A stretch of 63,890 nt of DNA, the filler included, from Bigelowiella natans CCMP2755 (Eukaryota; Protista; Cercozoa): NCBI GenBank assembly GCA_000320545.1. It is 5 parts of 5 records of this genome, joined end to end, with 100 filler letters (N's around TTAATTAATTAA, not from the genome) between each part and the next. Parts side by side here need not be neighbours in the genome. Positions count along the whole stretch, not along the records: positions 21,850 to 32,141 come from ADNK01002837.1; positions 32,242 to 56,904 come from ADNK01003492.1; 3 more parts are not named here. One strand, written 5' to 3'. Each line of letters opens with the position of its first letter. Positions within the stretch are counted from its first letter, which is position 1. The translations under genes were made by a program, and so were the position numbers. Below, piece by piece: positions 23,920 through 38,522 of this stretch. Under the pieces are notes generated by a model. That model did not search any database. It was given only the letters and a program-made list of their open reading frames with translations, and was not told the DNA's origin.

Positions 23920-25689
23920 TCACGAAAACATGATGACAGGCGCTGCAGCATCCGGGTCGTCCTTGGGCAGCTGCTCATCCTTTTCTGCCACGCTACCAGT
24001 GACAAGTCTATGCATAAATGCCTTGACAACGCCGGACGCTCGCTCCTTAAAGCTGCGGATCTTCTCCTCCCTCTTGGCTTCGGATTCTGCCTCTTCCTCA
24101 GGCACAGCCTCAGCGCTGGCCCCACCAGTGTTCGCTGTGGTGGTGTTGGTGGCCTCCGAGGCGCCAGAGCTGCTGCTATTCTTTTTCTGTTTCTTCTCGG
24201 TGAGTAGGGCATTAGCTTGCTTGAGCTCATCGGGAGAGAAGGGACTGCACGTGGGGCCGAGTTCCCCTTGGAATCGCAGTGCACATTCTACCAAACTCAA
24301 GGCCATGTCGCTCAAGATCATCTCCGTGCCAAGGTATTCCATCGACGCACTGCTGATCCTCGTTTGCGGCTGTTGTTTCTCGTCGCCCCCCTCTCCATCA
24401 CCGCCATCGCTACCATCCGGCTGTTCTGTGCCCTCCCCTTCCTTCTTTTCGTCTGAATCAGTTTCGTCGCCTTCATTTGCGGTGTTGCCGTCACCGTCCT
24501 TTACTTCCTTTTTGCTCGGGTCGTCAGCTGCTTCCTCTTCAGGGGCCTGGGCCTCCTTGTCCTCAACGGGGCTCATTATTTCAAAGAATACTTTGAGCGA
24601 GACGCCTTTCTCCTCGTCCATGATCCAGTTCTGGTTCTGCAGGATACACAGGAAGTCCTGCCAGGTATCGTCTCGTCGATGACCTCCCTGATAAAGCGAG
24701 ATTGTTAAATTAAGGGGGGGGGGCCTACTAGTGACCATTTGTCACGACTGCATGAATTAACACTCATTTTAACACAGTATTCATATATAAAATGCAGATA
24801 TACGTGTGTTCGCAAGTATGAATCACGACAATCGGGAAAAACACCGCTCCACACCGCCCATTCTGCTGCTGGTGCTGCTACTGCTACTTGCCATGACACA
24901 TTGGGTTGCTACCTTCCATCAGCAGGAGCCATGTTTGGACGCCGGCGCTTGCGCGAATCGTACAGCTTTCGTAACACCTTCTCAAAATACCCAATCGCTT
25001 CTGCCACCTCCCTTGATCGGACTAGCGAGCATGGAGTCTCATTCTGCGAGATCCAGTATTTTTTCGTGTCTTCCTTTTTGTCGGCGGCCTTGTTCTTCCT
25101 CACACGGTTCATCGACGGCATTTTCATCACTCCCCCGCGCGGAGTCTTCGTGATCTTTTTCTTACCCGACCTGGGGGTCATTCCGACCCCTCTGTTGCTG
25201 GGGGTGAGAGGAGCCGCGAGGTTGTTGCTGCTGTTTCCGCCGCCAACGTCTACATCGAGGCCAGGGCTCATTAGTCCCCCCGCTTGCCCGCCGCCGCGTC
25301 GTGGGCTATTTTGCCGAGAACTATCTCGCGATTGAACTCGCGAGCCCGCTTTAGAACCGGCACGAGAGCCTGTTCTTGACCCCACCCGAGAGCCTACGCG
25401 TGACCCTACTCGAGAGCCTGAGCGCGACCCCATGCGGCTTTGGTTTCGAGATCCCATCCGCGACATGTCTATGGGGGGACACAGTATCAACGAACGACCG
25501 CGATTACAAAATACGTGTACAATGGCCGTTATGAGAGACGAGCGCATCATTTTGTCATTTGCGAGGATGACAGTGCGTCACACACGATGACGCGCATGAT
25601 CTCTAATCATAGAACTTCCCCTATCCACCCATCCATTCATCCAAAGGCTATTCTCTCACCGTTACTATGCTCATACTGATTCTCCTCCC

Positions 25690-25737
<48 letters not shown>

Positions 25738-27914
25738 TCCCCTTCCTATAGTCATAAATACATACACACGCGCGCACGCGCGCGCACAGGCAGGCAGAAG
25801 GACATACTCGGCGTCATGAGCGTTGATCCAGGCTCCGAGGTGTCTACTCCACCACCACCGCCGCCGACTTTTCGTCGTTTGGTCTTGGACCTCCCTTGAA
25901 TCGCCATGATCTTGCGAAGGAGCGCCTTAGTTAGCACGTTGCCCCCTGTGACAACGATCTGTGGGATCTGCGGCGCGAAGCGAGCCGCCTTCTTGAAGAT
26001 GACTTCGTTCAACAGCTTCTCCAGCTTCTTCGAGAGTGGGAGGGATTCCGAAGCACCATCATCGCGATAGAGAAAGACGGCGAGCCGGACAAGAAACTCC
26101 ACGAACTCGCGCACCAGAATGGTCGTATTCGGGCTGTGTACCTACAGGAGGAAGAGGTAGGTCATATATGTGTTTGTGTGCGTAGGTGTGTGTGTTTGTA
26201 CTTGTATGGCAGAAGTATGTATACATCGCAGCTCTGATTTGCGTTTCTTCAGCAACGACTACTCACGCACATTGCCACACACGCAAGCACGACCCCATCC
26301 GTCTCCCTTACGAAAAACCAAACTCACCACCCATCAATAACTGCCCCTCATGCCCGCCCCCACCTCTATCTTGCGATCTGCCATGGACGTTTGCCTTTTA
26401 CACGCAAGCACGATGCGGTTGGCGCAGGCAGTTGTGAGCTTGGATCTCCCAATGTCGCAGTCAGAGAGAAGCCGCCAAAGCTGCTGCTGTACCATGATCG
26501 CTGCTTTCTCCTGGGAAGAACCGCCCCCAACTGCGGAGTAGTAACGGTAGATGCAGCGAAGCGTCGCCTTGTGCGCCTGCAAGATGTCTCTTACTGTTTC
26601 CACCTCGGTTGCCGGGTCTTGGTGCGAGGGGGATACCTGCGATGTTGCATATTACATAAATGCACATTATTCATATATGCGCGTGTGCGTGTGTGCGTGT
26701 GTGCGCGGGTGAGTGCGGGTGAATGCGCGCGCGCAAGCTTCGTATTCTGCGTGTTCCCTTGTGTTGGAGGGACCAGCTACATCACGCATAAATCACTCTC
26801 CCATGTTTCCTCCTACGAGCAACTGCTCGTAACTAGTACCAAATCTAGAATGTGTGGCCTGAACCGGTCGTCATCGTCGGCCTTTTTCTCGGGTCGGCTT
26901 GTGCGGCTGCCGCGCGCTAGAAGTGAAGAGAGACAAACGTCATTGTAAATATGAAAGAGGGGCAGATAGATAAAAAGACAGAGAGAGAGAGAGAGAGAGA
27001 GAGGAAGGGGGGTGGGGGGGGGAAGGAAATAGATGGAATGCCTCATTAGAACATTAAGGTTGTTCTTTCCCTTCAATTGCCCCTCCTTCTCCTGCTGCTA
27101 CTAGTACTACTGCTCACACCTGCATGTGTGCTGGCGCTGCGATTAGTCATGGGGTCAGCAGTAGCGTAACTCCTCGTATCCGAAAGTTTGTCCATCACTG
27201 ATTCTTCGTCGCCCGCGGAGGAGACACTGGATTCCCCCCCCCTTGATACGGGAGGCGGTGTCACCACCGTTGTCGTTTTGCTGGCTTCGATCTTCTGCTC
27301 GCCATGCTTGCTGTCGGCTGTTTCAGGTTTGCTGCCTATATCAACGTGCATGGAAATCAGCATGAGGAAAGGAAATCATCGAGCTCAAAACGGACCGACA
27401 GCTCGGCAGCCGACCGATGAGAAGAGGGGGGGGGGGAGGATAGAAAACTCGGCGGGAAAAAGTGAAAAGGAAACGGGACGCAAGGAGAATGACAAATTCA
27501 TCGTGTGGTGCAGCAAGAGCGTAGGAGCACTCTTTTCGAAATGATCTGTTGGCGAGTTGCAAATAAATCTTCCCATGCTTGCCTTTTTCCTCCGGGGGGT
27601 TGTCCGACGTCGCTGGTGGCGCCAACGCTTGTTTCTGGTCGCTTCTTCCCGTTGATGGTCTTTTCTTCTCCTCCTCTTCTTTCTTGCTTTTGATTTCCAC
27701 CTGCTGCTCGCAAGCAAGCATCGCTGCCATGTCAAGCTCTGTATCGATCGTAAAGCGCCCGGCCTTGTACCTGGAGGGAAAGAGAAATTATGGGAATATT
27801 CCGATCGTAGTCCTTCACTTCCTTCTATTCGTCCCTCTTCGCTTTTTATGCGTCCCCCCGAGAGCATGTATGCATGTGCAGTTTTGACGTGTAAGAGAAA
27901 ACAGATATTCGGAG

Positions 27915-27963
<49 letters not shown>

Positions 27964-28312
27964 GAGACAGATAGAAGAGTTAATCAATATTCTACACTCC
28001 CCCTTCCCGCCCCCCCCTCCCTTCCATTGCAAGATTTAAAATAGACTTCTACTTAACAACTCACTCGCCCTCTTTGACGCGGCCATTCTCATCGACGATC
28101 TTTCCGTAGCCCTCCCGATCATTTTTTGCCCACGAGCCCATGTATATATCTCCATTTGCGTAGAAGAAGGTCCCCTGGCCTTCGCGGTTGCCATCCTTAA
28201 ATTCTCCCACGTAGCGGTTCATGTATTGATAGTGTGTTAACTTGGGGCCCTTGTGCGTTGTCTGTGGAGGGGAAGAACAGTGTTGTAAATACACGCACAA
28301 ATATTATATAAT

Positions 28313-28347
<35 letters not shown>

Positions 28348-28369
28348 CTATATATATTTATATATATAT

Positions 28370-28423
<54 letters not shown>

Positions 28424-29956
28424 TAAAGTAACTTGTTGTAAATAACAGGAAGAACAGCAGGGGGGGAAGGAACGCGCCTCCCCCGAAATGGACGGATGCC
28501 CAAATTACTCCTTTTCCGCCGTCTCCTCTTCTCTAAATACATGTAAACATGTAGCGTGCTGTCCTCCCTCGTCACCTTTCCATCGTCCGAAGTATCACCC
28601 CAGATGTACTCGCCAGATCCGTTTGGGAGGTCGTCTCTCCATTGCCCTCGGTAGGAGTGGCCCTCCGATTCCCATGACATCTCCCCAAACCCACTCTTCC
28701 TATCGTTCTCCCACGCGCCGGCGTATCTATTTTTCGGAATGGGGAAAACGGTTTTTTTGAATCACGATTGGCAGGCGTGGCAGTTGTGATTGTTATGGCG
28801 GTAACGAATGACAAGAACTCTTGGCGAGTGTACCATTCAAACTACTCCACGAGCTTTGAACGTTAGTTTTCTCAAATAGTGAATGTTAAGGAGCGTGCGT
28901 CGTACGTGTTGCCGCTCTCGTAGACTATTGTCCCTTGTCCATGCCGCAGCCCGTGGACCCAATGGCCTTCATAGAAGCTCGATCTATCGTCTGTGTAGTA
29001 CAAGGTGCCCTCACCATGCCTTCGGCCATGGGAAAACCCACCCTCGTATCTGCAATGTGAAGTTAGAAGGCAGGTGAGACACACAGGGGGGTGGGGAGGG
29101 GAGGATGGTGCATCGTAAGCGGATGTTAGTTATGGGAGTGAATTCAGTTAATGCGAAAACTTCCTTGAGCTTTTGTTGTTTTCAGGATCATCAACATTCT
29201 CAATCATTCATCCATCATCATCATCATCGTCATCGCTTTGGTGGGTTCGGTGTTTCTGGCTTTACAATGCAAAATTGTCCTGATCCGGGCGACAGAAGGT
29301 CCCCTGGCCGTGGCGCATACCATCTTCCAGTTCTCCTTCGTACCAGCTTCCATCCGGCCACATGTACTTGCCCTTCCCATTAATGGCGGACATAAACCAC
29401 TGCCCATCGTATACCGTGCCGTCGCTCCACTCATAACGACCCTCTCCGTGGAGAAGACCTTCATGGAAGTTTCCCGTGTATCTGAATTACAATTAATCCA
29501 ACACGTATATATGTATATAATCCTCATGTTGCGGTACATGCGTGCGTGCGTGGGTGGCGTCCTGTGAGCTTGTTGGTGCATGCCGTATGTGCGTGCGTGC
29601 GTGTTGTGTTGTGTCCCTACGAGTCGCCATTGCGCATGGCTGCCTCGCCCTTTCCGTGGAAAAGCCCGCTTTCCGAGCGTTCTCCATCGTATTTCTAAAA
29701 AGGCATACTTCGAACATCAACTCACAATATTTGCAGAGAAAGAAGACGTAGAGAATCTGCTAGTGAAACAAACCGCAACAGTTTCTCCCTAGATCTATAC
29801 TTTACTAAGGGTAATTACCGTGACAGACTCCGCCAGTATAAGCCGATGAAAAGTAACGAGTTCTTTTAAGGCCGGGCTGGTCTCAGCATCTGCGGCAGGA
29901 TCACCGCTCTTCCGTTCGGAAGCCTGTGGGGAAGAGAACAGCTCCTTATTCGCCAT
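23920..29956 (-). CDS. RSPH10B: MORN-repeat radial spoke head protein 10B-like; multi-exon
   Basis: MORN exons (YEGGFSHGRRHGEGTLYY, YVGEFKDGNREGQGTFFYANGDIYMGSW), followed by LRCIYRYYSAVG...LWRLLSDCDI and VHSPNTTILVREFVEFLVRLAVFLY, which match RSPH10B-type motifs. Confidence 0.78.
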
Positions 29957-30409
29957 AGTGTGTACTAAACCACCATCGCAGTGATGCAATCGATGATTGC
30001 ACCACTTGTAACGGAGGGAATAACGTTCGATGCAAAGGAAAAGCTCTGGGGCAAGCTAATTTCAGGGGGGGGAGAGACCATTTCGTCGTAGTTGCCACGC
30101 CCTGGTAACCGACGCAAGAAGCGAAGCCCCGTTCGTTTTTGATGTGTCTTCAAATTATTCAAGTCGCACTTGATAAATAAAGGGCATATACGCGCGATCT
30201 ACCAAACGGATCTCAGTGTCATTTCTAGAGATTGTTCAGAGACCAATCCCAAGCTGCGCCTCTGGTCCGAAATTAGAGCCGGTTTTGACGAAGAAGGAAG
30301 GGTCCTGTTTCCAGGCAAACATGGCCAGGAGAACGAAAGGAGAATTCCAGTTATTGACAGAATCTTTAGTCAAAATCGGGTCGATTTTTTTTCAACAGAT
30401 CCTTTATAA

Positions 30410-31030
30410 ATGGGGTCTTCGTGCACAGCGGCGCGCCGCCGGATGGGGCCGAGGCTCTTGGGCACTCTGGCCCTCCTCGCGCTCATCGCCCTCCTCGTCT
30501 TGGAGCTGGTCGCGATCACTGGAGAGGGAATTCAATGGAGGGAGAAAGGCGTTCGGGGCGGCGGGGTGAAGTTGGGAGCGGGAGGGCGAGTTGCCGGGGT
30601 CCAGCCCCACTCCAGGTGCCATTGTGCAACGCGTGACTGGGAGGGGAGGGAATGCGTTTTAGAGCGTGAGAGTGTGGGAGAGCGAATGATATGAGTTGCA
30701 GTGTATGGATGATTCTTCATTTGGAGGGAGGGGGGTCAAAATGGGCTGCAGGTTGAGTGCGTGTGCGTGCATACAGATTGGGGTTGGCAGGGTCGGTAAA
30801 CCACGCGATTTGGCGTCACCACGTTCCTGGAACTGTTAATTCACCATTATCACCATCCTCTCAATGGCTACATCGGAGGATGCGTCACATGAGTGTGTGG
30901 GCCGAAGAAGATCCTGTTGGCAGCGAATCTAAACAGGATGATCTCGGAGGGGGGGACCTCTGGAATGAGGAACTTGATGAGTTCATTGGGGAGAAGTCCC
31001 CTGTACGGAATGACACAATCATACACATGT

Positions 31031-31070
<40 letters not shown>

Positions 31071-31118
31071 ACGTATATAATATAAATATATAAATATATA
31101 TTTATTTATATATATAGC

Positions 31119-31152
<34 letters not shown>

Positions 31153-31358
31153 ATATAATTTTTTTTTGAATATGCATGTATTATATACATGTGGTGCGTG
31201 CGTGCGTATGTTGACTTACTAATATTATTAATATTAATATAATTACTTATAACGTTCTTGGGCAGGACGACGACTCGATAAACATGAAGAAGATACTGGA
31301 TGCTCTTGAGGAGAAGGGTGGATATTTTGGAGGTACAATTACGTACATGTTATACAAT

Positions 31359-31404
<46 letters not shown>

Positions 31405-31756
31405 TAGAGAGAGAGAAAAAGGGGAGGGAGAGAAGAGTGGGGGGAGGACAGAGCATACACACATGCATAGAGACTCACCATCTTAATTCGCATATTAGAG
31501 CTTGAAAAAACCGTCTCTGAGGAACTGGGAATAGACTTCCTGCAAAACCGGAAAGCTAGGACAATGCTCATCGACGAGGAGGTCTCCCCCCCACCCCCCC
31601 ACCCCCCCCCGCTTTTCCCCTATGTGTGCATATATGTATGATGGCAGTTGGCTTGCTGCTGCAGGGAGTTCCATTGCCCGTTTTCAAGCGTGCCCTGGAG
31701 GCCATCTTCGAGGCGTACGACATCGACTCAGACGGGTGAGGAGACGATAGCAGAGT

Positions 31757-31797
<41 letters not shown>

Positions 31798-31832
31798 AGG
31801 GGCAGAGGTCAATAAACATGCTCGTGTAAGAA

Positions 31833-31868
<36 letters not shown>

Positions 31869-32099
31869 CCGGTTCAATGGAAGGCCAAACTAACTGTGTG
31901 TCTGTTTATTTTGTTTGTGTGTGCTTGTTGCTCTGCAGTATTCTCTCCTTCTCAGAAATGTCAGCGATGTATGCGGCCACCAACAACGAACCCATGCCGC
32001 AGGTGTTGGGTGCTTGTTTGCTGCTGCTGAGCAAAGATGAGGATGATGATGATGATGATTTAGGATACGAGGACGGTGGTGGTAGTGGTGGCACGATAT

Positions 32100-32141
<42 letters not shown>
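30410..32141 (+). CDS. EF-hand protein with signal peptide + transit-like leader; truncated by contig end
   Basis: Hydrophobic leader LLGTLALLALIALLVLELVA; spliced EF-hand IFEAYDIDSDG/ILSFSEMSAMY. Confidence 0.65.
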
Positions 32142-32221
32142 NNNNNNNNNNNNNNNNNNNNNNNNNNNNNNNNNNNNNNNNNNNNTTAATTAATTAANNN
32201 NNNNNNNNNNNNNNNNNNNNN
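32142..32221. other. Artificial contig spacer
   Basis: N-run with TTAATTAATTAA at 32186-32197. Confidence 0.97.
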
Positions 32222-32510
32222 NNNNNNNNNNNNNNNNNNNNCCCTAACCCATAACCCTAACCCTAACCCTAACCCTAACCCTAACCCTAACCCTAACCCT
32301 AACCCTAACCCTAACCCTAACCCTAACCCTAACCCTAACCCTAACCCTAACCCTAACCCTAACCCTAACCCTAACCCTAACCCTAACCCTAACCCTAACC
32401 CTAACCCTAACCCTAACCCTAACCCTAACCCTAACCCTAACCCTAACCCTAACCCTAACCCTAACCCTAACCCTAACCCTAACCCTAACCCTAACCCTAA
32501 CCCTAACCCT
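32222..32510 (+). repeat. Telomeric repeat (CCCTAA)n, about 48 units; chromosome end
   Basis: Near-perfect CCCTAA array (one CCATAA variant) at the start of a contig, in chromosome-end orientation. Confidence 0.97.
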
Positions 32511-32926
32511 AGCAGTGGAATGCAGAAAAAAGTGTTGTGAAAAATTGCATCTGGAACCCGCGGACCTACTATGCGCGCAGTTTGCTCTGTAGTTGCCCAG
32601 AGCCCAAATGTGCACACACAGGGTTGTGATGGGATGCAAGAGTTGGAGGCTGTCACAAATTGAAGCTGATGTTGAATGCTGTCTGCTTGCACGCAATGTC
32701 TCGCATCATGTGTTTTGCCGTTGAGCTTCGATTGGAAATTTTCGTGGAGCTTTGACCCGCACCGTCACGCTTGCAACTGCTGGCAATGTGCAAAATGAAC
32801 TTGACTGGCTTGTCATGTTGCACACGAGAGTGGTTGTCAATTTGCGCAATGGCAACAAACGCGACCTTCATGAGAAAAATTGATGTTAGTTCAGCAACAA
32901 ATCTTTGTTGATGATCTTAATTTTAA

Positions 32927-34255
32927 TCATGGAATTGCTACTTTGACGTCTGCAAAATTGTCTTTTTTCATGTCTTTCATCAAAACTGATGCAGGAGACT
33001 TTTGAGTCACATGCTCATCAGGACTCTTTGTCGTTTTGATTGCACAAGGTTTAATTTTTTTTTCCAAAAATGCACAAAGTTGACTGAAAAGATATGCGTA
33101 GGCTTCTTCAAAATGAAAGAAGAAACCACTCATGCAACCCATGAACAGCATGACGTATATCGTCGTCGTCATCTGGGCTGTGGTGCTTTCTGGAACTATG
33201 TCTCCAAATCCGATAGAGGACAATGTAATAGCTGAAAAATATATGGAATCCCCATAGTTCCACCCTTCCTCCTCTACAAACACAATCCCACCAAGAAGAA
33301 GGACACACAGAATGATGATGGGAAAAACGAATAGAGAGTATTTTAACCAGCTAGTGGACGAATCAGGAGGGTAAACACAGTACCATAGTTTTGTAAATAT
33401 ACCAAGAATAATCGAATTAATCTTTGAAAGAGCGAAGCTGAAAAGGGGGATACCAAAGAAAGCATAAGCGATACAAAACCATCTTCCTTCCTGCGTTTGA
33501 GGGGCTGTAGCACCGTATCCAATGGTAGATATTACAGTTACGCAGAAAAACAATGATGATGGCCAATCCCAATATCTGTAGTCATTTAGTAAACCCTCAC
33601 TTTCCATTACATGTCGTAATTTTGCCTCACAGACTGGTGATATATTTGCAGCATCAGCTACATGTTGAATTCTATCTGCTAGAACATCCATCTCCTGCCC
33701 ACGTTCAAACCGACTGAATATGGTCGCACCAACTACTAAATAGATTAATAACACACCTAGTGCACTCATAACTTTCGTAATGGTACCATATCCAAATCTA
33801 GGTTCGCTTAGGCTAGAGTTCAAAACTTTCAACTCTTCTCCTAACTTGGAATAGTATTTCGACGACTTGTTTTTCCTCTTTCTCGTATTATCTGCAATGT
33901 GAGCGTTATACCAACCTTTGACAACTGCTTTAATAACCTCCTTATCCTTATCAATCAAGAATTTAGAAAACTTTCTAAATATTCGTTCTTGTGTTTTTGA
34001 TGCAACCCGTTCTGATTGTTTTAGATTCTCCTTCTTTTCTTCTTTTTCTTCCTCATCTTCTTCTCTATCCAAAAACTCCATCCGTAGCAATTCTGAGAGC
34101 ATCTCAACAGTGATGGCAATGCCACCTCCATCAGGACCTCTCGCTTTTCCCTGATTACTACTCTCACCCCCTCCCCTTGTATAACCAGAGTCACCATGAT
34201 ACTGCTCAGGGCGATAACGGCTTACAATGTTCACTCCGTGTTCCTGTTGGGACAT
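32927..34255 (-). CDS. Two-pore-domain potassium channel (K2P), intronless
   Basis: Two pore loops, VTVISTIGYG and ITLSSIGFGD, in a four-TM arrangement. Confidence 0.93.
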   Translation of the reverse strand: MSQQEHGVNIVSRYRPEQYHGDSGYTRGGGESSNQGKARGPDGGGIAITVEMLSELLRMEFLDREEDEEEKEEKKENLKQSERVASKTQERIFRKFSKFLIDKDKEVIKAVVKGWYNAHIADNTRKRKNKSSKYYSKLGEELKVLNSSLSEPRFGYGTITKVMSALGVLLIYLVVGATIFSRFERGQEMDVLADRIQHVADAANISPVCEAKLRHVMESEGLLNDYRYWDWPSSLFFCVTVISTIGYGATAPQTQEGRWFCIAYAFFGIPLFSFALSKINSIILGIFTKLWYCVYPPDSSTSWLKYSLFVFPIIILCVLLLGGIVFVEEEGWNYGDSIYFSAITLSSIGFGDIVPESTTAQMTTTIYVMLFMGCMSGFFFHFEEAYAYLFSQLCAFLEKKIKPCAIKTTKSPDEHVTQKSPASVLMKDMKKDNFADVKVAIP

Positions 34256-34790
34256 AATGCTGCTGCCTGCCTGCTGCTGAAATGTTTATACGTTGTACTA
34301 TTTGCGCATATCTTGCCTGGAGAACCGTAAAAACTTACAAGTATGTGCTGATCGATCTTATAAGGAGGATGATGGGGAAACCTGCAGACAAATACTTGTT
34401 GTAATCGTTGCGCTCTCTCTGAAAACATACAACACACACCCACGATGGACTAACTGACTGACTGATACACGCAGAGACAGATGCACCGCTCATACACACT
34501 ACTTATATCATCGTTCACCTTGGCGTGTTTCATCGTCATCATCATCATCACCATCATCATCATGACAAAGTTTTGTGGAGAGGAGGCAAGGAGCACCGTC
34601 TGCAAGATGAATGTAACGTACCGTCCGGTCCTATGAACAAAGACGGTTTCCCTAGTAATTGATGGACCAACTCAACGACAATTTCAATGGATTTTTCTAC
34701 TGCGACATGCAATTTGTCATTGTCGCACAACAAAATAGAGAAATGCTATTAAGGACAAAATACCTAAAAAAAAAGGGAACTTACTACTAT

Positions 34791-34825
<35 letters not shown>

Positions 34826-35025
34826 TTACTAGATCATGACGAGTCCTCCCCCCCCCGAGTACGAGGTAATAGCAGCAAAGGAAGGAAGCGACTGCTTTCG
34901 GAATAAATGCTACTACAACTAAAGTAATCGCTTCATGATGTTCGAAGACGATTGGTACAACTCCGAGTGTAGGTTCGAAGAAGCATAAGAGGAGGAGGAA
35001 AAGGAGGAGGAAGGAGGAGAAGGAA

Positions 35026-36142
35026 ATGGTGACAAGCATCGTGCGACGTCTTCGTCAAAAGCGAACAACTTCTTCACCAGATGCCGTAGAGGCGGTGATC
35101 GTGACTACTATAATCTACATCATCGTCTTCGTGGCAGTCAGCATTCTCATTAAGAATTATTCCATCAAGTGGGATGCGGGGCAGAGGATTGGAATTGGCA
35201 TAATCTCTGGAAGTAGTAGAAACGAGACGAAGAAGACAGCTAATATTTTTTGTGAATCAACCCAGCAGCAGCAGCAGCAACAACAACAACAGGAACAACA
35301 GTCGCAGTGGCTGGAGGAAAACTTTTGCATTATTGACAAGACTACAACTACATCTTCATCATCACCAAATTTGATGCTACTACTGCATCGTCGGCTATGG
35401 AAGCTACTCGACAGAGGCATAGCACCTCTAATCAATAACACAATTACAGAGATGAAGGGATGGAAAACCAAATTACAAGACGTAATTGCGAAGGAGAGAC
35501 GGTGCGTAGCAAGTACTTTTTGTTTTAAATATGTGTAAACCCATCAAACCCTGCATATACTTTCTAAAGAAAACAATCGAGCTGTTTGTGATTGTTATTC
35601 ATTTTTTCAATGGCGCATCTAAGAACAATCCATAAAGAATATACCACTAATGACGATTCATACCATTTCATTTAAAAAATTGTTACTATCATCATCATCA
35701 CTGCTAGCCACCACTGATAATAATGTTAGTTATCATCATTTATAGTTGGTACTGACTATTACTTATTACCCACTACTACTCGATGATCTGCTGCTGCTAT
35801 TTCCACAAAGTATATTATTATTATTATTATCATTATTATTATTGTCTACTACTACTACTACTACTACTACTAGATGACCTGATGCTGTTTCTTAGAAAGC
35901 ATATTTCTCCATCCAGGAGCTTTTGCTACATATGTTACCTATTTTCTATCATTTACGCAACTACTTCTACTTTTATAAGGGATTTTTTCTTTCAGCAAAA
36001 CAGTTCGAAAAATACGAGCAGCAGCATATAAGGAGAAGCTTTTAAAAACTCAAAGAGCAAAGCTGAATACATCGGCAAACCATCTGAAAACAATCTCTGA
36101 TCTTTACTTGACATCTCTCATGCGAGAACAGAAGCTTACGGT

Positions 36143-36181
<39 letters not shown>

Positions 36182-36683
36182 TCATATAGGAAAAATATAG
36201 TTATCACTTTGTTATTGACAGTATTGCTGATGACGAAGATGGTGATATAAGGATGAACATCGTTGTGCACAATGTCTAATGTTGATCGCCTTTACGTACG
36301 TACACACGTCACAACAAAGAAACAAGCAACAACAGCCAACCAACCCCATTATCAATATCTAATATATACTGATATTTATCTTATCTCATGAATAATCTCA
36401 ATGAATAAAACATTGAAACGAAGATTAAACCAACGCTGCGGCTGCTACAATGATGATAGATAGTTGTTATAGCAATGCTGCATCACATACTAATCTCTCA
36501 TCATCATTATCGTTTTAATGACTTTTCCTCCCCCCTCCCCCTTCACAGGACTTGTGCAAACGTTTAACCAAACTAGTACCAGCAAAATATGATGATAAGA
36601 AATGTAGGAAGAGCGAGGTTGTGGATAAGGTGGAAGAGGAGGAGAAGCACTTAATGAATAGCAAAAACAACTAGTACTAGCAC

Positions 36684-36717
<34 letters not shown>

Positions 36718-37243
36718 ATGATGACAGTACCAAAATCTTAATCGTCTCCATCATCAAACCAAGGAATTAGAGAGCAGCAGGAGGGAGGAGGAAGCTGCAC
36801 AGCAAGTTGGTGCTTTTAGATGATTTCAAAGGAAATGCAACAAGTACCTTCACTCATCAATAGTATGATGATGATGATGATGATGATGATGATAATGATG
36901 ATGATAAGCAATAAACATATTGATGACAACTATATTGCAATAAAATAGTGAGATGGGTATGAGGATTTGTAATTAAAAAATGATGATTTGACTTAGTTAG
37001 GTACTCACAACCTTTTTTATGATGGCTATTATCTATCTATCATCGTGTTCATATGTTCTTTTTCCTGGCTCTTCTATTCACCTGTATCATTGCAGCCATC
37101 ATCCTACTCAACTACGACTCATCTTCATATTTCTATTTCTCCTATTCCTCGTATGTAGTACTTAACATTTGATAAATGAAAACCATCAATATATAGCATG
37201 AGAATATCGATAAAATAGCCTTGTATTGGTTAATGTTCCGTAC

Positions 37244-37277
<34 letters not shown>

Positions 37278-37681
37278 TTTCTTCTCATATTCGTCCTCTT
37301 AAAGACTCTCCTCTTCTGTGTATGAATTCGTTTTCGGTTACATATAGTGATACTACTCAAAGACAACCTTCAAGCTGCACGCCAAGAATTAGAATATTAT
37401 AGAAATTTTTCATCCTTTCTTATGGAGAAATTGGTAGTAGTAGATTTAGCATGTTATAGAAAATTTTCATCCTTTCTCATGGAGAAATGGGTAGTAGTAG
37501 TAGTAGTAGTAGTAGTAGCAGTAGTAGTAGATAGTAGTTGAAGAAGAAGAAGAAAAAGAAGAAGATGAAGGAAGAGAATATGATCTTAATCATGGCAAAT
37601 AGAACAAGGCAAATGCCAAAGTTGGTAGCTTGGAGGATTTATGTAACGAAGCTGTGAAAGAACGTACTACTTGTCTATTTT

Positions 37682-37730
<49 letters not shown>

Positions 37731-37930
37731 CAGTATACATATATGATTGTTGTATTTCCATATGATTTAAGTGGTGTAGATAGTGTTTGTTGCTGTCTAA
37801 TTTACTACTACTGCTACTACGTCTACTACTACACCTGAACTGTTCCCAGAATATTAAAATATACCCATCCTCACTACCTTGCTATTGATGACTGATGATG
37901 ATTGCATTAGTTGAGAATGCAAAGAAGTGT

Positions 37931-37962
<32 letters not shown>

Positions 37963-38435
37963 AATGATGATAATGATGATGATGATAGTTGAGAATGCAA
38001 AGAGGTCTATGGTTGAAAGGCAGTCCAAAGACTCATCAGCTGCTAAGGTACTGTTACTGCTGCTGCTGCTGCTACTACTACTACTACTACCCTTGCGACT
38101 TGGAATGGTAGTAATAGCGTGATGATGATGTTATCTTCTTCTTCTTCTTCTTCTTCTTCTTTGAATACCTCAATACTTTCTCTGCTGCTGCAAATCGTTA
38201 AAGACATATTGTAACAGCTCATCGGTGAGAGTAGTGGACAACAGGGTAGCAGCATGAAAAGATGATAGTGACGTCATATATCACCTTGTATGATCATAAT
38301 ATCGTGTTATCATTATATTAACACTCATCTCGATTTATGGTTATTATTATAACTTCGGACCAGAAGATGATGCAATGTGAATGGAGATCAACTGAATTGC
38401 GGATACGAAATCTGATTTAGTAATATGAGATGATG

Positions 38436-38476
<41 letters not shown>

Positions 38477-38486
38477 TGGGATTGAA

Positions 38487-38522
<36 letters not shown>

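Noticed and set aside
32186-32696. ORFs encoding (GL)n and (VR)n
   Set aside because: These are translations of the telomeric repeat.
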